A DNA stretch of 35,548 nucleotides from Bacillota bacterium. Its GTDB lineage: Bacteria > Bacillota > Sulfobacillia > JAJZYS01. This document shows, piece by piece, positions 17,107 to 24,742 of this stretch. Under the pieces are notes generated by a model. That model made no database searches and had not been told where the DNA came from. It was given only the letters and a program-made list of their open reading frames with translations. The position numbers and the translations under genes were made by a program. Every line of letters begins with the position of its first letter. Within the stretch, counting starts at the first letter, position 1. Where the stretch lies: contig JAJZYS010000002.1 of the NCBI GenBank assembly GCA_021797925.1, positions 1 through 35,548 of the forward strand, in the 5' to 3' direction.

Positions 17107-18153
17107 GTGCGTCCGTTTCGACCGTCGGATCCCGTGCTCGCCGGGCGCAACCACCGGATCCTCTGGGCGGTGGGCATCGTCCTGGCGCTGATCTTCTTCG
17201 GCTTCCTCGGCTACCTGGTGCTCTTCCGGCGGCCGCCGTTCGAGGCGCTCTACCTGTCCATCGCCACCATGACCACGCTGGGCGACGGCCGCGCCGCCCC
17301 GGTGGGGCCCGTTCAGGACCTTTTCGTGGCGGCCCTGAACCTCCTGGGTGTCAGCGCCGGCCTCTACAGCCTGGGCATCGTGGTCACCACCGTCATCGAG
17401 GGGGACCTGCGCAACCTCTGGGGGGAGCGGCGGTTGGAGAAGGATCTCAAGCGGATCCGCGACCACGTGGTGGTGTGCGGCGCGGGTCGGGTCGGCCTCA
17501 GGGCCGCTCAGGAACTCGAGGCCGCCGGCCGGGCGGTGGTGCTCGTGGAGGAGCGTCCCTCCCACGTCCTCACCCTGCGCCAGCGGGGCATGCGGGTCGT
17601 CGAGGGCGACGCCACCCGGGAGGAGACCCTCCGGGCCGCCAATGTCGGGTCGGCCGTGGGCCTGGTGGCGGCCCTGCCCAACGACGCCTTGAACCTGGTG
17701 ATCGTGCTGGCCGCACGGGAGCTGGCCCCGAACCTTGTCATCGTGGCCCGCGCCGAGGACGAGGGAGCGGAGCACCGCCTGCTTCGCGCCGGGGCCCAGC
17801 GGGTGGTCATGCCCACCGCCCTGGGAGGGCGGCGGCTGGCCAGGGTATTTCTGAAACCCAATTCCATGGACTTCTTCGACTCGGTGCTGGCCAACGAGAA
17901 CGACCTGGAGCTCGAGGAGGTCACGGTGACCGCCACCGGCCAGCTCCAGGGGGCCCAGCTGCGGGAGTTCCGCGACCGGACGGGGTCGCACGCCACCGTC
18001 ATCGGCATCCGCCGCGCGACCGGCTACCTCCCCAGTCCGCCGGCCGACTACCGGCTGGTGCCCGGTGACCTGCTCCTCGTCCTGGGCGCCGTCGAGGATC
18101 TCAGACGGGTGGCGAGCGCCAACGCCGAGCGCGCCGGCGCGCCGGGCTCATGA
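17107..18153 (+). CDS. 2-TM cation channel with RCK/TrkA-N and TrkA-C domains; NaK-type TLGDG filter
   Basis: TM1 (ILWAVGIVLALIFFGFLGYLVLF), pore helix plus filter (FEALYLSIATMTTLGDGR) and TM2. Rossmann motif VVVCGAGRVGL. The C-terminal TrkA-C-like segment is LEEVTVTATGQLQGAQLREF. The start (GTG 17107) is uncertain. A possible promoter is TTGCCA (17003-17008), 18-nt spacer, TACGCT (17027-17032). Confidence 0.75.
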   Translation: MRPFRPSDPVLAGRNHRILWAVGIVLALIFFGFLGYLVLFRRPPFEALYLSIATMTTLGDGRAAPVGPVQDLFVAALNLLGVSAGLYSLGIVVTTVIEGDLRNLWGERRLEKDLKRIRDHVVVCGAGRVGLRAAQELEAAGRAVVLVEERPSHVLTLRQRGMRVVEGDATREETLRAANVGSAVGLVAALPNDALNLVIVLAARELAPNLVIVARAEDEGAEHRLLRAGAQRVVMPTALGGRRLARVFLKPNSMDFFDSVLANENDLELEEVTVTATGQLQGAQLREFRDRTGSHATVIGIRRATGYLPSPPADYRLVPGDLLLVLGAVEDLRRVASANAERAGAPGS

Positions 18154-18798
18154 GGGCCTGGGTCCCGCGCTCGCGCCGGGATTTTTCCGCAAGAAGTGCG
18201 CCAGGGGCTCCACCACGATCCGGTCGGCGCTGGTGTGGGCCACCTCGGGCCCGTTGCCGCCCTTGCTGCCGGGATTGAGCGCGATCAGGTCGGCGATGCG
18301 CACCTGGATGGGGCTGAACTCCTGCGCGTAGACGACGGCCTCGAGGTCCCCCTGGGCGCCGGCGTGGGCCACCCCGCGCAGGGCGCCCAGGATGATCACG
18401 TTGCCCACCGCGCGCACCTCGGCGCCGGCGTTCACGTCGCCCAGGAGCAGCAGGTCCCCGGGCTCGTCCATGGATTGGCCCGCCCTCAGGGTGCGGCGAA
18501 CCAGCGAGGGCGCGGGCCGCGGCTCCGGGGCGCGGGGCCGGCGCGGCTCCTCGCGGCCGATGATGCCCCGGATCCTGACGTCGTGGCGGGACGTCAGGTC
18601 CAAGAGCCCCTGCACCAGGGAGGGGGTCAGGGGCCGGTCCTGCAGTTCCACGGTCAACGCCGCCCCGCTGACCAGGCGCGCGGCGTCCTGCATGGTGGCC
18701 TCCAGCGCGCGCAGCAGCAGCGGTTCCTCCATCGACGGGTCGAGGACCACCCGGATGCCCTGCCCCGTCCCCTTGAGCGTCACCGGCCGTACCGACAT
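18148..18798 (-). CDS. minC: septum site-determining protein MinC
   Basis: ATG at 18798 with GGAGGGG about 10 nt upstream. 216 aa. N-domain VTLKGTGQGIRVVLD, a Pro/Arg linker, and a C-terminal beta-helix GDVNAGAEVRAVGNVIILGALRGVAHAG. The upstream part of ORF 18148..19134 is not used. Confidence 0.8.
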   Translation of the reverse strand: MSVRPVTLKGTGQGIRVVLDPSMEEPLLLRALEATMQDAARLVSGAALTVELQDRPLTPSLVQGLLDLTSRHDVRIRGIIGREEPRRPRAPEPRPAPSLVRRTLRAGQSMDEPGDLLLLGDVNAGAEVRAVGNVIILGALRGVAHAGAQGDLEAVVYAQEFSPIQVRIADLIALNPGSKGGNGPEVAHTSADRIVVEPLAHFLRKNPGASAGPRPS

Positions 18799-18961
18799 GT
18801 CCCGCGATCCCCTCCCGGCGCGACGATCCATCCCGCCCGTGTTCATCCGTGGGATGTCGATATTCGCGAAATTTCTCCGGTCCCCTGCCCGGGCGGCGGG
18901 AGTTGTGTCGATCGAGGCCGAACCTACTCCCGAGGCGGTCAGCTTGTCCGTGATCAGCGTG

Positions 18962-19933
18962 ATGCCCATGGGCGGGGGCGACGCCGTCCCCCTGCCCGGT
19001 GCCGTGGGCAGCCTCCTGCCCGCGGTGGTCCTGCGCACCGACGGCGGGGTCATGGACCTCCTGGTGGCGGGGCACGTGGTGCGGGCCACCGCGATGCAGG
19101 GCCTGGTCGTGGGGAGCCGCCTGCTCCTGCGCATGCGCTCGGAGGTCCCGCTGCGTCTGGTGCTCGAGACCCCGCCCGAAGCGCCCGCCGGCCCCCAGGA
19201 CCCCCTCGCGGCCTACCTGGCGCAGCGCGGGGCGTCCCCCACACCGGCGCAGCTGATGGCGGTGGAGCGGCTCCTGCCCGAACTGCAGGACCCCGAGCTC
19301 CTGCGGGTGCTCCCGTGGGCCGTGGCCCGTTCCCTGCCCCTGACTCCGGGTGCGCTGGCCGAGCTGGCGACGGTGCTGCCGGCCCCGGAGCTGCCGGCCG
19401 CGTTTGCCCGGTTGCGCCGGGCGCTGGGACGCAATCCCGTGCCCCTGCGCCCGGCCCGGGGACAGGGCTGGGGCGCCCTCCCCGTGGAGGCCGGCTCGAC
19501 GGAGATGCTGGCGGCCCTGCGCCTCGCGGCGGCCCACCCTGGCACCGGCCACGCCCTGGCGGTCCTCTTCATGGCCCGATGGCTTTCGCCCCCCGGCTCG
19601 TGGGGCGCGTGGTGGCCCGTGGCCACCGGTCCGCGCCCCGGCCACGCCGAGGTGCGGTGGCGGCGCTCAGGCGGCCAGGGGACGGGGCGTTTCGCGGTCG
19701 AGGTCCGGGTGCGCACCGAACGGCTCGGCGAGGTGGGTGCCCGGGTGAGCGCCCCGCCGCTGGCCGTGGACCTGCACGTGGAGCGCCCGGCGGTGGCCCG
19801 CTTCCTCGCGGCCCGCGCGGGGGCGCTGCGTCACACCCTGGCGGGCCCCGGCGGAGTCGAACCTCCGGTCCGGATCCAGGTGGGCCCCGTCCCCGGCCCC
19901 GATGGGGACGGAGGCTGGGAGCGATGGGCCTGA
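18962..19933 (+). CDS. Pro/Ala/Leu-rich protein with FliK-like (hook-length-control) C-terminal region
   Basis: In frame with ORF 18392..19933, whose 5' part is antisense to minC and therefore excluded. The start is uncertain (ATG 18962 or 18968, or GTG/TTG just upstream). The C-terminal FAVEVRVRTERLGEVGARVS...LAVDLHVERPAVARFLAARAGALRHTL resembles the Flg_hook fold pattern. The 3' end overlaps the next gene by 10 nt. Confidence 0.4.
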   Translation: MPMGGGDAVPLPGAVGSLLPAVVLRTDGGVMDLLVAGHVVRATAMQGLVVGSRLLLRMRSEVPLRLVLETPPEAPAGPQDPLAAYLAQRGASPTPAQLMAVERLLPELQDPELLRVLPWAVARSLPLTPGALAELATVLPAPELPAAFARLRRALGRNPVPLRPARGQGWGALPVEAGSTEMLAALRLAAAHPGTGHALAVLFMARWLSPPGSWGAWWPVATGPRPGHAEVRWRRSGGQGTGRFAVEVRVRTERLGEVGARVSAPPLAVDLHVERPAVARFLAARAGALRHTLAGPGGVEPPVRIQVGPVPGPDGDGGWERWA

Positions 19934-20211
19934 AACGCCCGGCGGCGGCCGTGGCCGTGCGTTACCGCAGCGCCGAGGCGGACGCGCCCCGGGTCCTGGC
20001 GTCGGGCCGGGGGGAGGTGGCCCAGCGCATCGTGGAGCTGGCGCAGGCGGCGGGGGTGCCCGTCTGGCGCGACGGGGAGCTGGCCAAGGCGCTCCTGCGG
20101 GTGGAGGTGGGGGAGGAGATCCCGCCGGCGCTGTACGCGGCGGTCGCCCACGTGCTGGCCTTCCTGCTGCGCGCCGACCGCGAGCTGGCCGGCGGGGACC
20201 TCGGGGAATAG
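19924..20211 (+). CDS. FlhB C-terminal-domain-only protein (YlqH / EscU-YscU-HrcU switch-domain family)
   Basis: 95 aa, collinear by eye with B. subtilis YlqH and the FlhB C-terminal half: AVAVRY...APRVLASGRGEVAQRIVELAQAAGVPVWRDGELAKALL...EIPPALYAAVAHVLAFL. No TM region and no NPTH cleavage motif. Confidence 0.75.
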   Translation: MGLKRPAAAVAVRYRSAEADAPRVLASGRGEVAQRIVELAQAAGVPVWRDGELAKALLRVEVGEEIPPALYAAVAHVLAFLLRADRELAGGDLGE

Positions 20212-20285
20212 GAGCCTTTCCCGGGCATGGCGCATGCGCTATGCTCGTGTCGCGGGGATACCCCGAGGAGAGGGACGATGGCGCG

Positions 20286-20885
20286 TTGAGCGGTTACCTC
20301 GAAGTGATCACCGGCGGCATGTTTTCGGGCAAGACGGAGGAACTCCTCAGGCGTGTGCGCCGGGTCGTGATCGCCCGCAAGCGGGCGATCGTGGTCAAGC
20401 CGTCCGTCGACGACCGCTACGATCCCGAGGCGGTGGCGAGCCACGACGGGCGCACCGCCCGCAGCTTCGCGGTGCACCCCCAGGATCCCGGCCTCATCGC
20501 CCATCTGGCGGAGCAGGAGACCGCCGACGTGGTGGCCGTGGACGAGGCGCAGTTCTTCGAGCCCGCGGTCGTCGACGTGGTGGAGGACCTCGTGGCCCAG
20601 GGCCGGCGGGTGGTGGTGGCCGGGCTGGACCTTGACTTCGCCGCCCGGCCGTTCGGGTCGATGCCGTGGCTCATGGCCATGGCCGACGAGGTCCTCAAGC
20701 TCAAGGCCATCTGCGCCGTCTGCGGCGAGCCGGCCACGTACAACCAGCGGCTGGTGAACGGGCAGCCGGTGGGCCCGGACGCCCCGCTCATCCAGATCGG
20801 AGGCCTCGAGGCCTACCAGGCCCGCTGCCGCCGCTGCTACGTGCCCGTGACGCGCCCCCGCACGGGCGCGCCGCGGAGCGGGTAG
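20286..20885 (+). CDS. tdk: thymidine kinase
   Basis: TTG at 20286 downstream of GAGGAGAGGG; ATG 20241 is an alternative. P-loop GGMFSGKTEEL, VAVDEAQFF, and zinc ribbon CAVCG...ARCRRC. Confidence 0.85.
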   Translation: MSGYLEVITGGMFSGKTEELLRRVRRVVIARKRAIVVKPSVDDRYDPEAVASHDGRTARSFAVHPQDPGLIAHLAEQETADVVAVDEAQFFEPAVVDVVEDLVAQGRRVVVAGLDLDFAARPFGSMPWLMAMADEVLKLKAICAVCGEPATYNQRLVNGQPVGPDAPLIQIGGLEAYQARCRRCYVPVTRPRTGAPRSG

Positions 20886-20887
20886 GG

Positions 20888-22486
20888 ATGGCGGGCCGGC
20901 TCCTCACCCTCTGGGTGTTCCTCCTGGCCGCCTACGGCACCGTCCGGTACGCCATGGCGCTGGGTGGCCTGCTCGTGGGGCGGGGCGCGCACCTGCCCTG
21001 GCCGTGGCCGTGGGTGGTGGTGCTCACCGTGGTCACCTTCGTCTTGGGCGTCGAGAGCCCGGAGGTCCGCGGCGTCCCCGCCCGGAGCCGGGCGGCCTGG
21101 CGGTTTCTCGCCTGGGGCCACGTGGTGGCCCCAGGCGTGCTGATCCTCGCTCCGCTCCTGGGCAGAGACGGGCCGGTCCTGCTGTGGGTGGCGCTGGTCG
21201 GCTTCGGGGAGGCGGCCCTGGGCCGGTGGATCTGGCCGTCGGTGCGCGGGGTGATCCGCCGCCTCGACCCCGGGGGAGTGCGGGTGGGCCGCCGCAAGGA
21301 TATCGCGCGCCTGCCGGTGGAGATCGGAGCGCAGGAGCGGTTTCTCCACGTGCACGTGCTGGGCCCGACCGGATCGGGCAAGACGAGTTCGGTGCTCTTG
21401 CCGCTCCTGGCCCAAGACCTGGATCGCCCCCGCATCGGCGTGACCGTGATCGACCCCAAGGGCGACCTGTACCGGGGAGCGCTGGCGCTCTGCCAGCGGT
21501 CGGGGCGGACTCCCCTGCGCTTTTCCCCCCTCGAGGGCGAGAGCCTCACCTTGAACCCGCTCGCGGGCGAGCGCGAGGCGGTGGCCGAGGGGCTGGCGTA
21601 CGCGCTGGGGCGTTCCTTCACGGGCGGGCATCCCTTTTACGACACCCTGGCCCAGGGGGTCGTGCGGGCCTCGGTGCTGGCGCTGAAGGAGGTCAGGGGC
21701 GAGGCGACCGACCTCGAGGAGCTGGCCCGGTTTTTGGGCGACGACGACTTCCGGGCCGAGATCCTCCACCGCAGCGAGGACGCGGTGGTGCGCGGGTACT
21801 TTCGCGACCAGGTGCAGCGCTGGAGCGCGCAGGAGCGCACGCGCAACCTGGCGGGGATCCAGAGCCAGCTGCTGGGGCTTTTGGCCAACCCCGACCTGCG
21901 CCGTTGCCTCACCGGCCCCGGCACCCTGGACCTCGACCGGGCGCTCGCGACGGCCCAGGTGGTGCTGTGCCACCTCCCGGTGGAGAGCCTCGGGGCGGGC
22001 GCGCACGCGGCGGGCGCGTTCTTCCTGATGCAGTGGCAGCTGGCGGTATTCCGCCGGGGCGCGTCCCGGGCGCCCCAGTTCCTGTACGCCGACGAGTTCC
22101 AGGGGTACGCCACCCCCGGCTTCGGGGAGTTCCTGGCGCAGGGGCGGTCGTTTCAGGCGGGCGCGGTGCTGAGCCACCAGCACCTGGGTCAGCTGGACGG
22201 CGAACTCATGCAGGCCGTCCTGGCCAACGCCCGCAACCGCGTGCTCCTGGGCGGGCTGTCGGGTGCGGACATCGCCAGGCTCGAAGACACCCTGGGCACC
22301 GAGCCCGCGTGGCGGGAGGTCCTCGACGCCCGGGGCGCCGTCAGGTCCCGCACCCGGGTCGAACGCCCGCGGATCCTGCCCACCGAGCTGCGGGAGCTGC
22401 CCCGGGGCGAGGCGGTATGCCAGCTCGTGGAGAATGGCCGGCTCACGCCCCCCCGGCGGGTCCGCCTGCCGCTCGTCGAGACGTGA
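20888..22486 (+). CDS. VirD4/TraG/TraD-type type-IV coupling protein-like membrane ATPase
   Basis: ATG 2 nt after the tdk stop. 532 aa with about four N-terminal hydrophobic helices. Walker A is LGPTGSGKTS and Walker B-like is FLYADEFQ. TraD/TraG C-terminal-type segment is AGAVLSHQHLGQLDGELMQAVLANARNRVLLGGLS. Confidence 0.7.
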   Translation: MAGRLLTLWVFLLAAYGTVRYAMALGGLLVGRGAHLPWPWPWVVVLTVVTFVLGVESPEVRGVPARSRAAWRFLAWGHVVAPGVLILAPLLGRDGPVLLWVALVGFGEAALGRWIWPSVRGVIRRLDPGGVRVGRRKDIARLPVEIGAQERFLHVHVLGPTGSGKTSSVLLPLLAQDLDRPRIGVTVIDPKGDLYRGALALCQRSGRTPLRFSPLEGESLTLNPLAGEREAVAEGLAYALGRSFTGGHPFYDTLAQGVVRASVLALKEVRGEATDLEELARFLGDDDFRAEILHRSEDAVVRGYFRDQVQRWSAQERTRNLAGIQSQLLGLLANPDLRRCLTGPGTLDLDRALATAQVVLCHLPVESLGAGAHAAGAFFLMQWQLAVFRRGASRAPQFLYADEFQGYATPGFGEFLAQGRSFQAGAVLSHQHLGQLDGELMQAVLANARNRVLLGGLSGADIARLEDTLGTEPAWREVLDARGAVRSRTRVERPRILPTELRELPRGEAVCQLVENGRLTPPRRVRLPLVET

Positions 22487-23229
22487 GGCGCGTCGCCGAC
22501 GAGGACCTGGCGCGGCTCACCGACCGGGACCGGGAAGTGCTGGTGCTGCTGTACCGGTTCCACTGGCTGGCGGCCTCCCAGCTGTCGGATCCCTGGTTCC
22601 CCTCCGTCGTCGCCGCCCGTCACCGCCTGGGGGTCCTGGCGCAGCTGGGGCTGACCCGCTGGGTCCGGGTCCAGGACGCCGGCGGCGCCGGGCGCTGTCT
22701 CTGGGGGCTCACGCCCGAAGGCGCCCGGGCGGCGCGCCTGTTGGCGGGCGAGGCCGTCCGGCCCCGGCGAGTCGAGTCGCGCACCGAGGCGCTGCTCAAC
22801 TGGCGTCATCATCTGGAGCTCGGCCAACTGTTCGTCGACCTCACCCGCCGCCTGGGGTCGGGCGCCTTCCGGTGGGAGGCGGACCGCGAGGTCTGCCTGC
22901 GCTTTCCCTCCGTCCTCTCAGGGCCGGGGCCGACGGTCATCTGGCCCGACGCCCGGGTCACCCTGGACGGGGGCGCGGTGGCGCTCGTGGAGTACGACCG
23001 CGGCACCATGGCCCGGAGGGCGATGGTGGAGAAGTTCCGCCGCTACGCCGAGTACTTCCGAGAGCGCCGCGCCGGCGAGAAGCTCCTCGTGATCGCCCTG
23101 GACGCCGCGCGCCGGCGGGACCTCGAGGGGATCCTGGGGGCGGAGCGCTGTCCGGGCACGGTGGGCGCCCGGGACGAGATCCTGGCGCAACTCCTCGCGG
23201 CAGGGCCGGCGGACGGCGGCGGGACGTGA
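22483..23229 (+). CDS. replication-relaxation family protein (wHTH plus C-terminal nuclease-like fold)
   Basis: The GTG overlaps the upstream stop (GTGA). 248 aa. Family-like pattern: LTDRDREVLVLLYRFHWLAASQL, RHRLGVLAQLGL, WGLTPEGA, HHLELGQLFVDL, WPDARV, VEYDRGTM and KFRRYAEYF. Confidence 0.65.
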   Translation: MRRVADEDLARLTDRDREVLVLLYRFHWLAASQLSDPWFPSVVAARHRLGVLAQLGLTRWVRVQDAGGAGRCLWGLTPEGARAARLLAGEAVRPRRVESRTEALLNWRHHLELGQLFVDLTRRLGSGAFRWEADREVCLRFPSVLSGPGPTVIWPDARVTLDGGAVALVEYDRGTMARRAMVEKFRRYAEYFRERRAGEKLLVIALDAARRRDLEGILGAERCPGTVGARDEILAQLLAAGPADGGGT

Positions 23230-23256
23230 CGCGGACGAGGAGCCATCCGGCGTTCT

Positions 23257-23286
23257 TTGCAAGCTCTAATCCGGTTCTGCTAAGCT
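23257..23286 (+). promoter_or_regulatory. sigma-A-like promoter upstream of the LCP gene
   Basis: AT-richer patch with TTGCAA (23257-23262), 18-nt spacer, TAAGCT (23281-23286). A second TTGCAA lies at 23296-23301. Confidence 0.3.
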
Positions 23287-23349
23287 CGACGCTGATTGCA
23301 ACTTCACGGCCGACGCCGAAAAGCGCCCGTCATGCGGAGGCCTGAGCGG

Positions 23350-24507
23350 ATGCGAACCTGGATCACCGTCGCCGTCGCGGTCGTGCTCTTCATCGGCGGA
23401 TTCGGTCTGTCCGTGCTCTTCGGCGGCTCGGCGCCGGTCGACGCCACCATCCACGACCGCTCGGCGCCCCGGGGCGCGTTCAGCGTGCTGCTCCTGGGTA
23501 TCGACGCCCGTCCCGGCCAGATCACGGGCCGCACCGACACCATGGTCGTGGCCACCGTCAATCCCCGGCTCCGGCGCATCACGCTGCTCTCGGTGCCCCG
23601 GGACACCCGGGTCCACATGACGGGCTACGGGGTCCAGAAGATCAACGCCGCCAACGAGTTCGGGGGCCCGGCGTTCGCCGTGCACGAGGTGAACCGGCTG
23701 CTGGGCTCGGCCATCCACTACTATGTGCTGACCAACTTCCGCGGCTTCAAGGAGATTGTGGACACCCTGGGCGGCGTGACCATCGACGTCCCTGAACCCA
23801 TGCACTACCGCGGAGGGCCCAACACCTATATCAACCTGTCCGCGGGGGTGCAGCACCTCGACGGCACCCAGGCCCTCGAGTTCGTCCGGTACCGGGAGTT
23901 TCCCCTGGGCGACATCCAGCGCACCCTGGACCAGCAGGCCCTGCTCAAGGCCATCCTCAAGAAGGCGCTGCGGCCCTCCACCATTCCCCGTCTCCCGTCG
24001 CTCATCCCCCAGTTCCGAGCCGCGGTCCAGACCAACATGAGCAGCGCCCAGCTGTTGGGGTTTCTCGAGGAGGCCCGGGTCCTGGAGCGGGGGCACCTGC
24101 TCTCGGAGACCCTGCCCGGCGCCTTCCTGAACCTTCCGGGCGCGAGCTACTGGAAGGTGATCCCCGCCGACGCCCACCGCGCGTACGAGGCGCTCCTGCG
24201 CGGCAAGCGGGCGCCGAGCCTGTTCGACCCGGCGGCGGTGGCCTTGGCCCATGCGGAGATGGCGGCGGTGAGCCCCTCCGCGAGCACGACCCCCCAGAAC
24301 TCCCAAGCCGCGTCGACGGGCGGAACGGGTCAGCGGACCGGGGCGAGCGTCGCCACGACGACGCCCAGCGTGCGGGTGGGCGCGACGAGCGTCGTCCCTG
24401 TCATCCAGGCCAAGCCGCCGCACCGGATCCGGTCGTTGACCGTGGAGGGCACCAGCACCACCTCGGCCACCTACGGGTCGGGATCGGGCGCCACCGGGGG
24501 GCCGTGA
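23350..24507 (+). CDS. LytR-CpsA-Psr (LCP) family cell-wall glycopolymer ligase with Ser/Thr/Ala-rich C-terminal tail
   Basis: ATG 23350 has GGAGG 9 nt upstream; ATG 23332 is an alternative. N-terminal TM helix, then LLLGIDAR...GRTDTMVVATV, LLSVPRDT and ALEFVRYRE. Confidence 0.85.
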   Translation: MRTWITVAVAVVLFIGGFGLSVLFGGSAPVDATIHDRSAPRGAFSVLLLGIDARPGQITGRTDTMVVATVNPRLRRITLLSVPRDTRVHMTGYGVQKINAANEFGGPAFAVHEVNRLLGSAIHYYVLTNFRGFKEIVDTLGGVTIDVPEPMHYRGGPNTYINLSAGVQHLDGTQALEFVRYREFPLGDIQRTLDQQALLKAILKKALRPSTIPRLPSLIPQFRAAVQTNMSSAQLLGFLEEARVLERGHLLSETLPGAFLNLPGASYWKVIPADAHRAYEALLRGKRAPSLFDPAAVALAHAEMAAVSPSASTTPQNSQAASTGGTGQRTGASVATTTPSVRVGATSVVPVIQAKPPHRIRSLTVEGTSTTSATYGSGSGATGGP

Positions 24508-24561
24508 TCGTCCCGGGGTGAAGGTGCGGGACCCGGCGTGCCAGGGGACGGGGCGACGTGT

Positions 24562-24584
24562 CCGTGTGAGGGCAGCTCACACGG
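24562..24584 (+). terminator. hairpin after the LCP gene
   Basis: Perfect 9-bp stem CCGTGTGAG / CTCACACGG with loop GGCAG, 55 nt after the stop. No U-tract. Confidence 0.4.
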
Positions 24585-24588
24585 CGGC

Positions 24589-24618
24589 TTGACCCCGCGC
24601 CGCCAGATTGGATAGAGT
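24589..24618 (+). promoter_or_regulatory. sigma-A-like promoter upstream of the 2-oxoacid dehydrogenase operon
   Basis: TTGACC (24589-24594), then either a 16-nt spacer and GATAGA or an 18-nt spacer and TAGAGT (24613-24618). This leaves a leader of about 120 nt before the ATG at 24743. Confidence 0.4.
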
Positions 24619-24742
24619 GTGGCTGCGAGTGGCCGACCCGGTGGCCGTCGCCGGGGACACCCAGCCTTAGCATCGTTGCAGCGGTCGGTCCGCGCCGCCG
24701 CCGGGCGAGCGCGGCCCACCGACACATACGGGTGGGGAGCAA

